Part shown: in pieces, positions 1 through 9,550 of the stretch
Layout of the letters: each line of letters begins with the position of its first letter
Position numbering within the stretch: the stretch's first letter is position 1
From: an uncultured Spirochaetaceae bacterium
GTDB lineage: Bacteria > Spirochaetota > Spirochaetia > DSM-27196 > SLST01
Direction of reading: 5' to 3'
Assembly (NCBI GenBank): GCA_964458555.1
Contig: CAYWJH010000001.1
Coordinates: 52,031 to 116,030 of the forward strand
Length of the DNA: 64,000 bases
The notes under the pieces: generated by a model
What the model was told of the DNA's origin: nothing
Database searches by the model: none
What the model saw: only the letters and a program-made list of their open reading frames with translations
Program-made: the position numbers and the translations under genes

Positions 1-1477
1 CGACGGCCTTCGCCGCCTCCTCGATTTGCTCCATGGTCGCGTCGGTAGTGCGGTAACGGATGTTCTCGAGGATCGTGCCGGTGAACAGGAACGGCTCCTG
101 GAGGACCATTGCGATGTTGTCGCCGAGCGATTTCTGGGTCACGTCGCGGACGTCGTGTCCGTCGATGAGAATCTTCCCATCCCAGATGTCGTAGAACCGG
201 TGCGCGAGCGCCGTGAGGCTCGTCTTGCCCGATCCGGTGGGCCCGACGAGCGCGACGGTCTCTCCCGGGTTCACCGTGAACGAGACGTTCTTCAGAATGG
301 GCCGGTCGGGCTCGTACCCGAAGGTCACGTTCTGAAACTCGATCCGGCCGTCGATGTCGGTGAGCTCGTGCGCGTCGGGCTTGTCGGCGACGTCGACGTT
401 GACGTCCATCACCTCGAAGATGCGGTGCCCGGACGCCATCGCGCGCTGCATGATGCTGTACTGCATCGTGATCGAACGGATCGGCGCGAAGAAGCGTTGG
501 ACGTAGAAGATGAAGGCCACCATGATGCCGAGCTCGAGCGTCTGGTTGAGTACCATCGTACCGCCGACGATGATGACCACGGCCATCGCGATGCCGGTGA
601 GCGTGTCGACGATAGGGATCATGATCTGCGCGAACCGCGTTGCGCGGAGCTGCGCGGCGAGGTTCGCCTGCGCCTTGTCGTCGAAGAGCACGTAGTTCGT
701 GTCCTCTCGCGCCATCGCCTGGACCGTGCGAACGCCGTTGATTCCTTCTGCGAGCGCTCCGTTGGTGGTGGAGCTCGCGTGGCGGGCCCCGATGAACGCC
801 TTACGCGCGCGCGGGAGCCATACGAAGCGCACGACAAAGAGTACGGGAACGATCGCGAGCGTCAGCAGTCCGAGCTCGAGGTGGAGCGTGAGGATGACGG
901 CGATGATTCCCGTCAGCAGGACGACGTCTCCCACCGCGAAGATCGACGACTCGAGAAACTGCTGCAACGCGTGCACGTCGCCCTGGAGGCGCGACATCAG
1001 GCGTCCTACCTCGGTCTTGTCCATGAACGAGAGCGAGATTCGCTGCAGATGCTCGAACATGGAACGCCGCATGTCGAAGAGGACGCGTTCGCCTATCTCG
1101 CTCGCGAGCCGTTCCTGGATGTAGTTCGCCGCGTAGTTCACGAGGATCACGACGCCGAAGACCGCGGCTGCGATGTAGAGAATCCTGCTGCTCGCGTCGT
1201 CGCCGACGAGCGCCTCGTCGATGGTCGCTCTGATGATCAGCGGTACCGCGAGCTGCGTCGCGGTGAACAGGAGCACTCCGAGCAGCGCGAAGACGATCTG
1301 CTTCTTGTACGGGCGGACAAACGGAGCGAAACGTCCCACCACGTGCGCGTCGAATACCCGTCCGAAGAGCTGCTCGTCGCGGCTGATCTGTGAACCGACT
1401 ACCGCGAGCGGCGGTCGCTCCACCCTGGGTATGTCGTAATCGTGAAACTCTTCCCGTATTCTATTCTGCGAAGACAT
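1..1477 (-). CDS. ABC transporter, fused permease/ATP-binding subunit (3' end lies beyond the window start)
   Basis: Absent from the ORF track because it runs off the window. Reverse-complement reading from ATG at 1477 gives MSSQNRIREEFHDYD... The Walker A GPTGSGKTS is at rc of ~215-260, and GDNIAMVLQEPFLFTGTILENIRY at rc of ~60-130, in frame with ATG 1477. The + ORF 26..1393 is its shadow. Confidence 0.85.
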   Translation of the reverse strand, partial: MSSQNRIREEFHDYDIPRVERPPLAVVGSQISRDEQLFGRVFDAHVVGRFAPFVRPYKKQIVFALLGVLLFTATQLAVPLIIRATIDEALVGDDASSRILYIAAAVFGVVILVNYAANYIQERLASEIGERVLFDMRRSMFEHLQRISLSFMDKTEVGRLMSRLQGDVHALQQFLESSIFAVGDVVLLTGIIAVILTLHLELGLLTLAIVPVLFVVRFVWLPRARKAFIGARHASSTTNGALAEGINGVRTVQAMAREDTNYVLFDDKAQANLAAQLRATRFAQIMIPIVDTLTGIAMAVVIIVGGTMVLNQTLELGIMVAFIFYVQRFFAPIRSITMQYSIMQRAMASGHRIFEVMDVNVDVADKPDAHELTDIDGRIEFQNVTFGYEPDRPILKNVSFTVNPGETVALVGPTGSGKTSLTALAHRFYDIWDGKILIDGHDVRDVTQKSLGDNIAMVLQEPFLFTGTILENIRYRTTDATMEQIEEAAKAV

Positions 1478-1486
1478 ATGCAACCC

Positions 1487-3331
1487 CTAGTGCAGCAGGC
1501 TTTCGTCTACCGGATTCGACTGCAGCTCGTGGAGCGCAGCGTAGCGTCCGCCCTGCGCGAGCAGCGATTCGTGGTCTCCCCGCTCTACGACGTGCCCGTC
1601 GTCGATGAAGAGGATCTCGTTCGCGTGCATCAGCGAGCTCAGTCGGTGCGAAATGATGATCACCACAGAATCCGCAGAGTGTTCCTTCAGCGAGCCGAGG
1701 ATCCGCTGTTCGGTCGCCGCGTCGATTGCGGCGGTGGAATCGTCGAAGACGAGGATCGACGGCTGCATGACCAGCGCCCGGGCGATGACGAGCCGCTGGC
1801 GTTGCCCGCCGGAAAGCGAGACGCCGCGCTCTCCCACGAGCGTCTCGTAGTCACGCGGAAGGCCCCTGATGTAGCTGTGCAGCTGGGCGATGTTGGCGGC
1901 GTTGGTGATACGGTCGCGGTCGGCCCACGGGTCGCCGTAGGCGACGTTGTTCTCGATTCCCGCGGTGAACAGGAAGATGTCCTGCTGGATCACGCCGACC
2001 TGAGAGCGCAGCGACTTGAGCGTAACGTCGCGGACGTCCTGGCCGTCGATCGAGATGCTCCCCGCCGAGACGTCGTAGAAGCGGGGGATGAGGTGCGCGA
2101 TCGTCGACTTGCCGGCGCCCGGCGGGCCCACGATGCCCACCGTCCGGCCGCGTCGCGTTTCGAAGCTCACGTTCGACAGCACGGGGACCTTTTCGTCGCC
2201 GAGCTGGTACGCGAAGCCCACGTTATCGAACCGGAGCACCGCGTCGGTCACCGCGAGCGGCTTCGCGTCGGGCTTGTCCCTGATGTCCGGCTCTTCGTCG
2301 AGCACCGTGAACAAGCGCTCGCCCGAGGTCGTGGCCCGAGCGATCGCGTTGACGAGCAAGCCGAGCTGGCGCACCGGCATCTGCAGCACCGTCATATAGG
2401 CGAGGAACTCGGTGAGCCGCCCGACGGTGATCTCGCCGGCGAGCGTCTTCTGGCCGCCGACGAGCAGGACGAGGCCCATCGAAACGTAGAAGGCGAACGT
2501 CATCGCGGTGCCGTTCGCCACGCGCGTCCGGATACGCTCGTACGTGATCTCCTTGGCCTGGTCGCTCGCCTCGTCGAACTTGCCCATCTCGTAGTCCTGC
2601 GCGGCGAAGGCGCGGACGACGCGAATACCCTGGAGGTTCTCCTCCATTACCCGGGTCAGGTACGACAGACGTTCCTGGAGGCGGTGCCAGCTCTCGCGCA
2701 GCGAGAGCCTCGCGTCGATCGCGCGCCATCCGACGAAGGGCACGAAGCTCAGCGCGAGGACGCCGAGGAACCAGTCGGCGGCGATGAGCCGGTACGAGCC
2801 GATTCCGATCAGGAGCGCGAGGAAAATGACGCGCTTGATTCCCGTGTTCACGAACAGCCGCACACCCTCGACGTCGAGCATTCCCCGCGTGATGAGGTCG
2901 CCCGAGTGGGCGTGATCGTGGTAGCGGAAGTCGAGCCGCTGGATCTTGTCGTAGATCGCGACGCGGAGCTCGTAGCCAATGTGCTGGCCGACCGCTTCGC
3001 CAAGGTAATTGTGAAGCATCGTGAACAGACCGCGCAGCACGCTCGCGCCGAACAGGAGCACACCGGTTACCAGCAACGCCTGGCGTGCGTCGGTCATCGT
3101 GCCGGCGCCGCGGAGCATTCCGTAGGCGTTGTCGACGGCGGCGCCAAGGTAGCGGGGAATGTACAGCTGGAAAACGACGGCCACGATGAGCGCGCCGATC
3201 GCCGCGGTCATCCGCCACGGATAGCGAAACGCCATCCGTGTGACCCGGCCGATCACGTCGAAACCTTCTACCATTTTCCGGAACGTGAACCGTCCCGACT
3301 CTCGCGGTTGTGCAGTTGGTATGGATTTCAT
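1487..3331 (-). CDS. ABC transporter, fused permease/ATP-binding subunit (probable partner of the downstream half-transporter)
   Basis: 614-aa ORF with a membrane N-terminal half. Motifs: Walker A GPPGAGKST, signature LSGGQRQR, Walker B ILVFDD (Asp where the catalytic Glu is expected). The stop lies 10 nt before the next ABC gene start. Confidence 0.9.
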   Translation of the reverse strand: MKSIPTAQPRESGRFTFRKMVEGFDVIGRVTRMAFRYPWRMTAAIGALIVAVVFQLYIPRYLGAAVDNAYGMLRGAGTMTDARQALLVTGVLLFGASVLRGLFTMLHNYLGEAVGQHIGYELRVAIYDKIQRLDFRYHDHAHSGDLITRGMLDVEGVRLFVNTGIKRVIFLALLIGIGSYRLIAADWFLGVLALSFVPFVGWRAIDARLSLRESWHRLQERLSYLTRVMEENLQGIRVVRAFAAQDYEMGKFDEASDQAKEITYERIRTRVANGTAMTFAFYVSMGLVLLVGGQKTLAGEITVGRLTEFLAYMTVLQMPVRQLGLLVNAIARATTSGERLFTVLDEEPDIRDKPDAKPLAVTDAVLRFDNVGFAYQLGDEKVPVLSNVSFETRRGRTVGIVGPPGAGKSTIAHLIPRFYDVSAGSISIDGQDVRDVTLKSLRSQVGVIQQDIFLFTAGIENNVAYGDPWADRDRITNAANIAQLHSYIRGLPRDYETLVGERGVSLSGGQRQRLVIARALVMQPSILVFDDSTAAIDAATEQRILGSLKEHSADSVVIIISHRLSSLMHANEILFIDDGHVVERGDHESLLAQGGRYAALHELQSNPVDESLLH

Positions 3332-3503
3332 AGGCAGGTGTTCCTATCCTATCCCCCTCGAATACGAGGTGCAATCGTTGGCGGACGAAATTCGCGCCGA
3401 TTCGCGAGCTTTCCGCGTGCGAAACCCTCGCTCACTGTGGGGATCTCATGAACATCCTCAATTCCAACGCCACGGTCAATACGGTCCAGCCGATGCGCGA
3501 CGA

Positions 3504-3532
3504 TTGCCATCGCGGCGACTCGTTCATACACT
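3504..3532 (+). promoter_or_regulatory. Candidate sigma70-type promoter for dus (TTGCCA-N17-TACACT), 7 nt upstream of GTG 3540
   Basis: Hexamers and spacing were read directly from the sequence. There is no Shine-Dalgarno before GTG 3540. Confidence 0.4.
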
Positions 3533-3539
3533 CCTACCC

Positions 3540-4535
3540 GTGCAGAACCTCTGGCAGCGCCTGCCTCGCCCCATCCACGCGCTCGCGCCGATGGAGGACG
3601 TCACGGATACCGTCTTCCGCCGTATCGTCGCCTCCTGCGGGGCTCCCGACGTCTTCTTTACCGAGTTTATCCACACCGATGTCGTTCTCGCCCCGCGCGG
3701 GAACCGCCCCGGGGTGACGCCGCGGCTCGAGTTCACGCCTGCCGAGCGTCCGCTCGTCGCGCAGATCTGGGGGACCGATCCCGAGTCGTACGCCCGTGCC
3801 GCGGTGCGGCTCGGACACATGGGGTTCGACGGCGTCGACATCAACATGGGCTGCCCCGTCCGTAAGATACGCAGCAAGGGCGCGTGCTCGGCGTTGATCC
3901 GCACGCCCGCGCTCGCCGCCGAGCTCATTGCCGCGGCGAAGGAGGGCGGGTTGCCGGTCAGCGTGAAGACGAGGATCGGCCGTGACCGTCTGCAGACCGA
4001 GGCGTGGATCGGGCACATTCTCGAGCAGAACCTCGACGCGCTCACCGTCCACGGGCGCGCGGCCGAACAGGAGAGCGATGGGCGGGCCGATTGGGCCGAG
4101 ATCGCGCTCGCGGCGAAGCTGCGTCGGGCAATGGGTGTCTCGACCACCGTGCTCGGAAACGGAGACGTGACGAGCCGCGCTCAGGCCGACGAGCTCTGCG
4201 CCCGCTACGATATGGATGGAGTCATGGTCGGTCGCGGCGTGTTCGCAGATCCGTACCTCTTTGCGACCGACGGCCGCGCCGGCACCTTCGCCGCCGCCGC
4301 GCCGGAGGCGAAGATCGACCTTCTCCTGCGCCACCTGCGGCTCTACCGCGAGACGTGGGGAGACACGCGAAACTACGAGATCCTGAAGAAATTCTACAAG
4401 GTCTACCTTGTCGGCTTCGAGGGTGGCGACGATCTGCGCGAACGGCTCAACGAGACGCACGACTACGACGCCGCCGAGCGGGTCCTCGCCGAGTGGACGT
4501 CCGGCACGCGCTCCGGCGCGGGAGCGTCGGCATGA
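3540..4535 (+). CDS. tRNA-dihydrouridine synthase (Dus family)
   Basis: C-terminal 331 aa of track ORF 3240..4535. Motifs: ...HALAPMEDVTDTVFRRIV..., VDINMGCPVRKIRSKGACSALI. GTG 3540 was chosen as the start because it leaves ~16 residues before the APM motif, as in Dus proteins, and sits just after a -10 box. Confidence 0.85.
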   Translation: MQNLWQRLPRPIHALAPMEDVTDTVFRRIVASCGAPDVFFTEFIHTDVVLAPRGNRPGVTPRLEFTPAERPLVAQIWGTDPESYARAAVRLGHMGFDGVDINMGCPVRKIRSKGACSALIRTPALAAELIAAAKEGGLPVSVKTRIGRDRLQTEAWIGHILEQNLDALTVHGRAAEQESDGRADWAEIALAAKLRRAMGVSTTVLGNGDVTSRAQADELCARYDMDGVMVGRGVFADPYLFATDGRAGTFAAAAPEAKIDLLLRHLRLYRETWGDTRNYEILKKFYKVYLVGFEGGDDLRERLNETHDYDAAERVLAEWTSGTRSGAGASA

Positions 4536-5025
4536 GCGCCCGCGTGCGAAGCGCGCCGCGCGCGCTGCTCGTCCAGCCGCCGGTCTACGACTTCGCGCTC
4601 TACGACCTGTTCATCTACCCGTTCGGTCTCCTGCGCATCGGCCGATGGCTCGCCGACGCCGGCTACGACGTAACGCTCGTCGACGGGCTGTCGCGCGGAC
4701 GCTCCGCCCGTGAGGTGCGACGCGACGCGCCTGGTCGCGGCAAGATCGCCCGCCGGCGGAGGGGCTGCTCGCGCGCGGCGTGATGCCGCACGTATCCGAG
4801 TACTCGCCCGTGCCCGGATCGCGTCTGTTCGCCGAGGCGTGCCGCGCGAGCAGGTACCCGCTCGCCGAGGAGCCGCTGTGCCACAACAACACCGCGTTTC
4901 CGACCGCCTGGGAAAGCTTCACGCGCGGCGATCTCGCGCGGATCAAGCGCCGCGCCGCCGACGGACGACGGCACCTCGCCTCAGCCCCACAGCCTTTGCG
5001 AAGCGCACCCGGGCTGCTACGATAG
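4532..5025 (+). pseudogene. Relic of a radical SAM gene (N-terminal and C-terminal fragments in different frames; catalytic core missing)
   Basis: The frame from ATG 4532 reads ALLVQPPVYDFALYDLFIYPFGLLRIGRWLADAGYDVTLVDGL, then degenerates and stops at 4783. Another frame (~4714..5025) reads GLLARGVMPHVSEYSPVPGSRLFAEA...EEPLCHNNTAFP. No CxxxCxxC motif is present between them. Confidence 0.5.
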
Positions 5026-5028
5026 GGT

Positions 5029-5634
5029 GTGAGTCTCGATTACCTCGCCAATCAGGGGATTACGAGTTCGCGGGTGCTCGCCGCGCTACGCTCGGTACCG
5101 CGCGACCGCTTTGTCCGGCGGGACGAGGCTGCCGACGCGTACGCGAACCGGCCGCTTCCCATCGGCTTCGGCCAGACGATCTCGCAGCCCTACATCGTCG
5201 GCTACATGACGCAGGAGCTCGACATTCGCTCGAACGATCGCGTGCTCGAAGTGGGAACGGGAAGCGGCTATCAGACCGCCGTGCTCGCCGAGCTCTCCGA
5301 CGACGTCTATTCGGTGGAAATCGTGCCCGAGCTCGCCGCTCGCGCCAGGTCGACGCTCGACGAGCTCGGGTACACACAGGTTCGTACGAAGGTCGGCAAC
5401 GGTCGGGAGGGCTGGCCCGAGCACGCGCCTTACGACGCGGTTGTCGTTACCGCCGCAAGCGAGTCGGTGCCGCAGCCGCTGGTCGATCAACTCGCGAGCG
5501 ACGGCCGCATGATCATCCCGCTCGGCGCGAGTCCCGTAGCTCAGGAGCTGGTGATGATCCGCAAGGACGCACGCGGTCGTCTGTCCCGCACGAACCTGCT
5601 TCCGGTCCGGTTCGTCCCGCTCACCGGCGCATGA
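5029..5634 (+). CDS. pcm: Protein-L-isoaspartate O-methyltransferase
   Basis: 201-aa ORF with GFGQTISQPYIVGYMTQEL and the SAM motif VLEVGTGSGYQTAVLAEL. GTG start. Confidence 0.9.
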   Translation: MSLDYLANQGITSSRVLAALRSVPRDRFVRRDEAADAYANRPLPIGFGQTISQPYIVGYMTQELDIRSNDRVLEVGTGSGYQTAVLAELSDDVYSVEIVPELAARARSTLDELGYTQVRTKVGNGREGWPEHAPYDAVVVTAASESVPQPLVDQLASDGRMIIPLGASPVAQELVMIRKDARGRLSRTNLLPVRFVPLTGA

Positions 5635-6782
5635 CGATCAAGGTTACCACCGCCCCGGGCATCGAGGACGTCGCGCGCGACGAGTGCTCGCGGCTCTTCG
5701 CCGACGCCGGCATTCCGGTGCTCGAGAGCAGGGTCGAGGCGTTCGGGCTCGCCGGGGTGGTCGCGTTCACGCTCGGCGACGAGGTCGTCTTCGAGCAGGT
5801 CCGCCGCGCCGATCCGCTGTCGCGGGCGCGCTCGCTCTTCCATGTGACCGTGCACACCGCTGAGCTCGAATGGGACGGCTCCACGCTCGAAAGCCTGCTC
5901 GACGCGCTGAGCCGCATCGACTTCGGTGAGATGAAGCGCACGACGAGCTTCCGCGTCTCCTGCAGCCGGGTCGGCGATCACGGCTTCCAGAGCCCTCAGG
6001 TCGAGCGCGAGACCGGTGCGATCCTCCAGGAGCGCTACGGGACCGCGGTCGACCTCGAACGATACACGCTTCACGTCAAGGTCGACATCGTCGGTGATCG
6101 CGCCTTCTGTGGCTACCAGCTCACCGGCCGCAAGGGGCTCGACCGCCGGCACCGCTGGGTCTACCACCCCCGTGTTACGTTGCGCACGCCCATCGCGTAC
6201 GCAATGCTCGTGCTGAGCGGGTTTGCGAGAAAGCCCGGGGCGTTGCACGACCCCTTCTGCGGATCAGGGACGATCCTCCTCGAGGCGGCTGGTGTCCTCG
6301 CGGACCGCGACGCGCGAGACCGGTCGGCCGTGCGCGTGTCCGGGAGCGATCTGCGACTGGAGGCTGTCGAAGGCGCCCGGGCGAACCTTGGCGCCGCCGG
6401 GCTCGAGTCCGTCCTCGTTGCGCGCCACGACGCGCGCGAGCTCGGCTCACTCCTCGAGCGACGCTCGCTCGACTACATCGTCACCAATCCGCCCTTCGGG
6501 ATCCGCCTCGGCCGAGGCTCGAACTTCCACGCGCTCTACCGGGACTTCCTGACCGGCGCGGCGGCGGCGCTTCGTGCCGGCGGCGTGCTCGCGCTGCTCG
6601 TCGGCAAGCGCCGCGGTCTGTTCAACCGGACGCTGCAAGCGTATCCCGAGTTCGAGGTGCAGGGCGTGCGCATCGTCGAGATGGGCGGTGTATACGCCGC
6701 GCTCTTTCTCCTGCGGCGGACCGCCGTCGACGAGCAGACGATCCGGGCCGAGCTCGAGGCCGGTGGATACCCGGCATCGTAG
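5631..6782 (+). CDS. THUMP-domain class I SAM-dependent RNA methyltransferase
   Basis: ATG 5631 overlaps the pcm stop (ATGA). The N-terminal region is THUMP-like. Motifs DPFCGSGTILLEA and IVTNPPFG. The upstream part of track ORF 4710..6782 is Arg-rich shadow. Confidence 0.8.
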   Translation: MTIKVTTAPGIEDVARDECSRLFADAGIPVLESRVEAFGLAGVVAFTLGDEVVFEQVRRADPLSRARSLFHVTVHTAELEWDGSTLESLLDALSRIDFGEMKRTTSFRVSCSRVGDHGFQSPQVERETGAILQERYGTAVDLERYTLHVKVDIVGDRAFCGYQLTGRKGLDRRHRWVYHPRVTLRTPIAYAMLVLSGFARKPGALHDPFCGSGTILLEAAGVLADRDARDRSAVRVSGSDLRLEAVEGARANLGAAGLESVLVARHDARELGSLLERRSLDYIVTNPPFGIRLGRGSNFHALYRDFLTGAAAALRAGGVLALLVGKRRGLFNRTLQAYPEFEVQGVRIVEMGGVYAALFLLRRTAVDEQTIRAELEAGGYPAS

Positions 6783-6802
6783 CGTAACGGGCCCCGGCGA
6801 GC

Positions 6803-6831
6803 TTTACACCCTGCTCGCCATCTTCTACTAT
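6803..6831 (+). promoter_or_regulatory. Candidate promoter for the MCP gene (TTTACA-N17-TACTAT), 8 nt upstream of ATG 6840
   Basis: Read directly. No SD lies between the -10 box and the ATG. Confidence 0.45.
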
Positions 6832-6839
6832 CATCGACC

Positions 6840-9011
6840 ATGAACGCACGACCGCGGTCTTCGTTGAGAGCACGGCTCCTGCTGCTTGCGCTGGTGCCGC
6901 TCGTCGGCCTCCTCGCCGCGACCGCGATCGTGGTGCTGCGCATGCAGAACGACGTCGTCGAATGCCTGACGGTCGAACAGCTGACGACGCTGTCGGTCGA
7001 CCTCGCCGACGTCGCTTCCTCGCTCGCCGACGAGCGCGACGCCTCCGTGCTGCGGGCGAGCGGCGCCGAATTCGGTCCGCCGGTCGACGCCTCCCGAGAA
7101 GCGGTCGACGCCGCCGTCGAGCGCTTCCGCGGTGATCGCGCGCGGTACTCCTTTCCCGCGCGTCCAACCGTTGAGGAGCGTCTGCGCGCAATCGCCGACG
7201 ATCTCGGTCGGCTCGGCGAGATCCGGGCACGCTTCGACACCGGATCCGAGACTCCCAAGGAGCTCTTTGGCGCGTACGACCCGATTGTCCGATCGATCGT
7301 CGAGCACATCACCGAGGTAGGAAAGATTCCCCAACGCGCGGACGTCTCGCGACGCGCGCTCGCCTTCGGTCGGCTACTCGCCTCGCACGCTGCGCTCGCC
7401 CGGCAGCGCATTCTCGTCGCCTCCGCGCTCGCCGGCGACGGCGTGACCGTTCGTCCGTTGCCGGACGGGTACGCCGCCGGGTCGCGCGGGGTCGTCTATC
7501 GCGAGCTGTTTCTCGACCTTGCCGATCCCGCGGAGGCGGACGCCTACCGCGAGGCGCTCGCAGCCCCGGCTGTGGGCGAAGCGGAGTCGGTCGCCGACGC
7601 GTTGCTCGCCGGTGCGGTGACGCCGGACGGAGAGATCGGCGCTTCGCAGTGGTACACGACGGCCACGGCGCGGCTCGAGACGTTGCGCGCCCCCGCCGCG
7701 CGGGCCGCAGGCGCTCTCCTCGAGTTTGCCCGCACGGACCGGATCGCCGCCGCCCGCACGCGTACCGTCGCGCTCGTCGTCGCGCTCGCGGTCATTCTCG
7801 CCACGCTTGCGATCCTCGTCGCGATCTACCGGGCCACCTTGTTGCAGCTCGGGGCCGAGCCGGCGGTCGTCGAGCGCCTCTCCGCGGCGCTGAGCGAGGG
7901 CGACCTGACGCATGCCTTCGGCGTGACCCGCGATTCCGGGGGCCGCGATTCCGGCGTCCACGAGGCGATCGTGGCCACCACGCAGCGGCTGCACGCGACG
8001 ATGAGCGTGCTCCAGACGCAGACCGGTGAGAGCCTGGAGATGAGCCGGTCGCTGCAGGAGAGCGCGCAGGCGAGCTCCGGTGCGGTTGCGCGCGTGAGCG
8101 AAGGGCTTTCGAGCGTGGACGAGGACGCGAACGGACTCGACGATCGGATCCAGTCGTCGACCGCGGCGGTCGAGCAGATTCAGCATACCGTCACGAACGT
8201 GGCCCGACTGATCAACGAGCAATCGGCGGCGGTGAACGAGAGCTCGGCGGCGATCGAGGAGATGACCGCGTCGATCCGCAACGTCGCGCGAATCGCGCGC
8301 GAGCGCGAGGAGACCAGCCACAAGTTGCGCGAGATAACCGATACGGGTGCCGAGTACCTCGAATCGACCGAAGATGTGATCCGGCGCGTGAGCCAGTCGA
8401 CCGACTCAATGATCGAGGTCATCGAGATGATCAACGGGTTCTCGAGCCAGACGAATATGCTCGCGATGAACGCCGCGATTGAGGCGGCACACGCGGGCGA
8501 AGCAGGCAAGGGCTTCGCCGTCGTCGCAGAGGAGATCCGGCGACTCGCCGAGTCGGTGGGTGAGAACGCCCAGACGATCTCGACCGGACTCAACGATACG
8601 GTCGAGCGCATCCAGGAGGCCATGCGCGCGAGCCAGGCGACTGGCGAAACGTTCGATCAGGTGAGCGCCGAGGTCCGCGAGGCGACGGCGAGCTTTGCAG
8701 AGATCGTGCAGAGCATGAGCGAGCTCTCGGGCGGCACCGGCGAAGTTCTGAAGGCGATGCAGAGCCTCACCGATATCACGTCGCAGATCAAAAGCGCCTC
8801 CACCGAGATGGAGAGCGGGGCGAGCGAGATCACCGGTTCCATGGAGTCGGTTGGCACGATATCGCGGAGCGTTCGTGAGGCGATCGCGTCGATCGCCGCC
8901 GGAGCGGGCGAGATCCGTGAAGCCGCCGATGACGTCGCCCGGGCCGGCGAAGAGAACCGGCGCCGCATCCGGGAGATACACGAGCAGCTAAGCTTCTTCC
9001 GCACGGAGTAG
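6840..9011 (+). CDS. Methyl-accepting chemotaxis protein with an N-terminal helical sensor (NIT-like, tentative)
   Basis: 723 aa. It has an N-terminal TM, a second TM followed by a HAMP-like segment, and the signalling hairpin [32 protein letters not shown]. The sensor region contains [10 protein letters not shown], reminiscent of NIT domains. Confidence 0.9.
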   Translation: MNARPRSSLRARLLLLALVPLVGLLAATAIVVLRMQNDVVECLTVEQLTTLSVDLADVASSLADERDASVLRASGAEFGPPVDASREAVDAAVERFRGDRARYSFPARPTVEERLRAIADDLGRLGEIRARFDTGSETPKELFGAYDPIVRSIVEHITEVGKIPQRADVSRRALAFGRLLASHAALARQRILVASALAGDGVTVRPLPDGYAAGSRGVVYRELFLDLADPAEADAYREALAAPAVGEAESVADALLAGAVTPDGEIGASQWYTTATARLETLRAPAARAAGALLEFARTDRIAAARTRTVALVVALAVILATLAILVAIYRATLLQLGAEPAVVERLSAALSEGDLTHAFGVTRDSGGRDSGVHEAIVATTQRLHATMSVLQTQTGESLEMSRSLQESAQASSGAVARVSEGLSSVDEDANGLDDRIQSSTAAVEQIQHTVTNVARLINEQSAAVNESSAAIEEMTASIRNVARIAREREETSHKLREITDTGAEYLESTEDVIRRVSQSTDSMIEVIEMINGFSSQTNMLAMNAAIEAAHAGEAGKGFAVVAEEIRRLAESVGENAQTISTGLNDTVERIQEAMRASQATGETFDQVSAEVREATASFAEIVQSMSELSGGTGEVLKAMQSLTDITSQIKSASTEMESGASEITGSMESVGTISRSVREAIASIAAGAGEIREAADDVARAGEENRRRIREIHEQLSFFRTE

Positions 9012-9071
9012 CTTCCCCCGGCGACGGTCGGTCGTGACCGGATAGCTGCGGTCTGCTATGCTGATTGCGCG

Positions 9072-9533
9072 ATGAGCGAAGAGATGGATGCCGCGGTCGC
9101 CGAGGCGCTTTCGGGAATCGAGCAGCGCCACGGGGGACCGTTCGGAGCGGTCGTCGTCCGTGACGGCCGCGTGATAGCCCGCGGTCACAACCGGGTCGTG
9201 ACCCACAACGATCCCACTGCCCACGCTGAGATCATGGCGATCCGCGAGGCGTGTCGCACCATGGGGACCTTCGACCTCGAGGGGTACGAGCTCTACACGA
9301 CGTGCGAGCCGTGTCCCATGTGCTACGCCGCCGCCTGGTGGGCGCGTATCTCGGTGATTCACTACGGCTGCAGCCGACACGACGCGGCGGAGATCGGCTT
9401 CGACGACGAGGCGATCTACGCCGACCTGGAGGGGCGGTCGGAACGACGTATCACGATGGTCCAGGAGGATCGGGAGGCGTGTCTGGTGCCCATGCGGCGC
9501 TGGTGCGATCGGCCCGATCGTGTCCCCTACTGA
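9072..9533 (+). CDS. CDA-fold nucleoside/nucleobase deaminase (GuaD-type guanine deaminase-like)
   Basis: 153 aa with GGPFGAVVV, DPTAHAEIMAIREAC and TCEPCPMCYAA zinc motifs. Confidence 0.8.
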   Translation: MSEEMDAAVAEALSGIEQRHGGPFGAVVVRDGRVIARGHNRVVTHNDPTAHAEIMAIREACRTMGTFDLEGYELYTTCEPCPMCYAAAWWARISVIHYGCSRHDAAEIGFDDEAIYADLEGRSERRITMVQEDREACLVPMRRWCDRPDRVPY

Positions 9534-9550
9534 GCGTGAGGAGCGAAGAC

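Noticed and set aside
26-3451. Long + strand ORFs 26..1393 (455 aa) and 1442..3451 (669 aa)
   Set aside because: Their composition is Arg/Asp/His/Glu/Val-rich with no motifs. The opposite strand encodes two ABC transporters with clear Walker A/B and signature motifs. They are classic shadow ORFs in GC-rich DNA.
4004-5630. ORFs 4004..4783, 4408..4713 and the N-terminal 307 aa of track ORF 4710..6782
   Set aside because: They are Arg/Ala-rich low-complexity translations overlapping dus, the radical-SAM relic and pcm in other frames. The genuine THUMP gene starts at ATG 5631.
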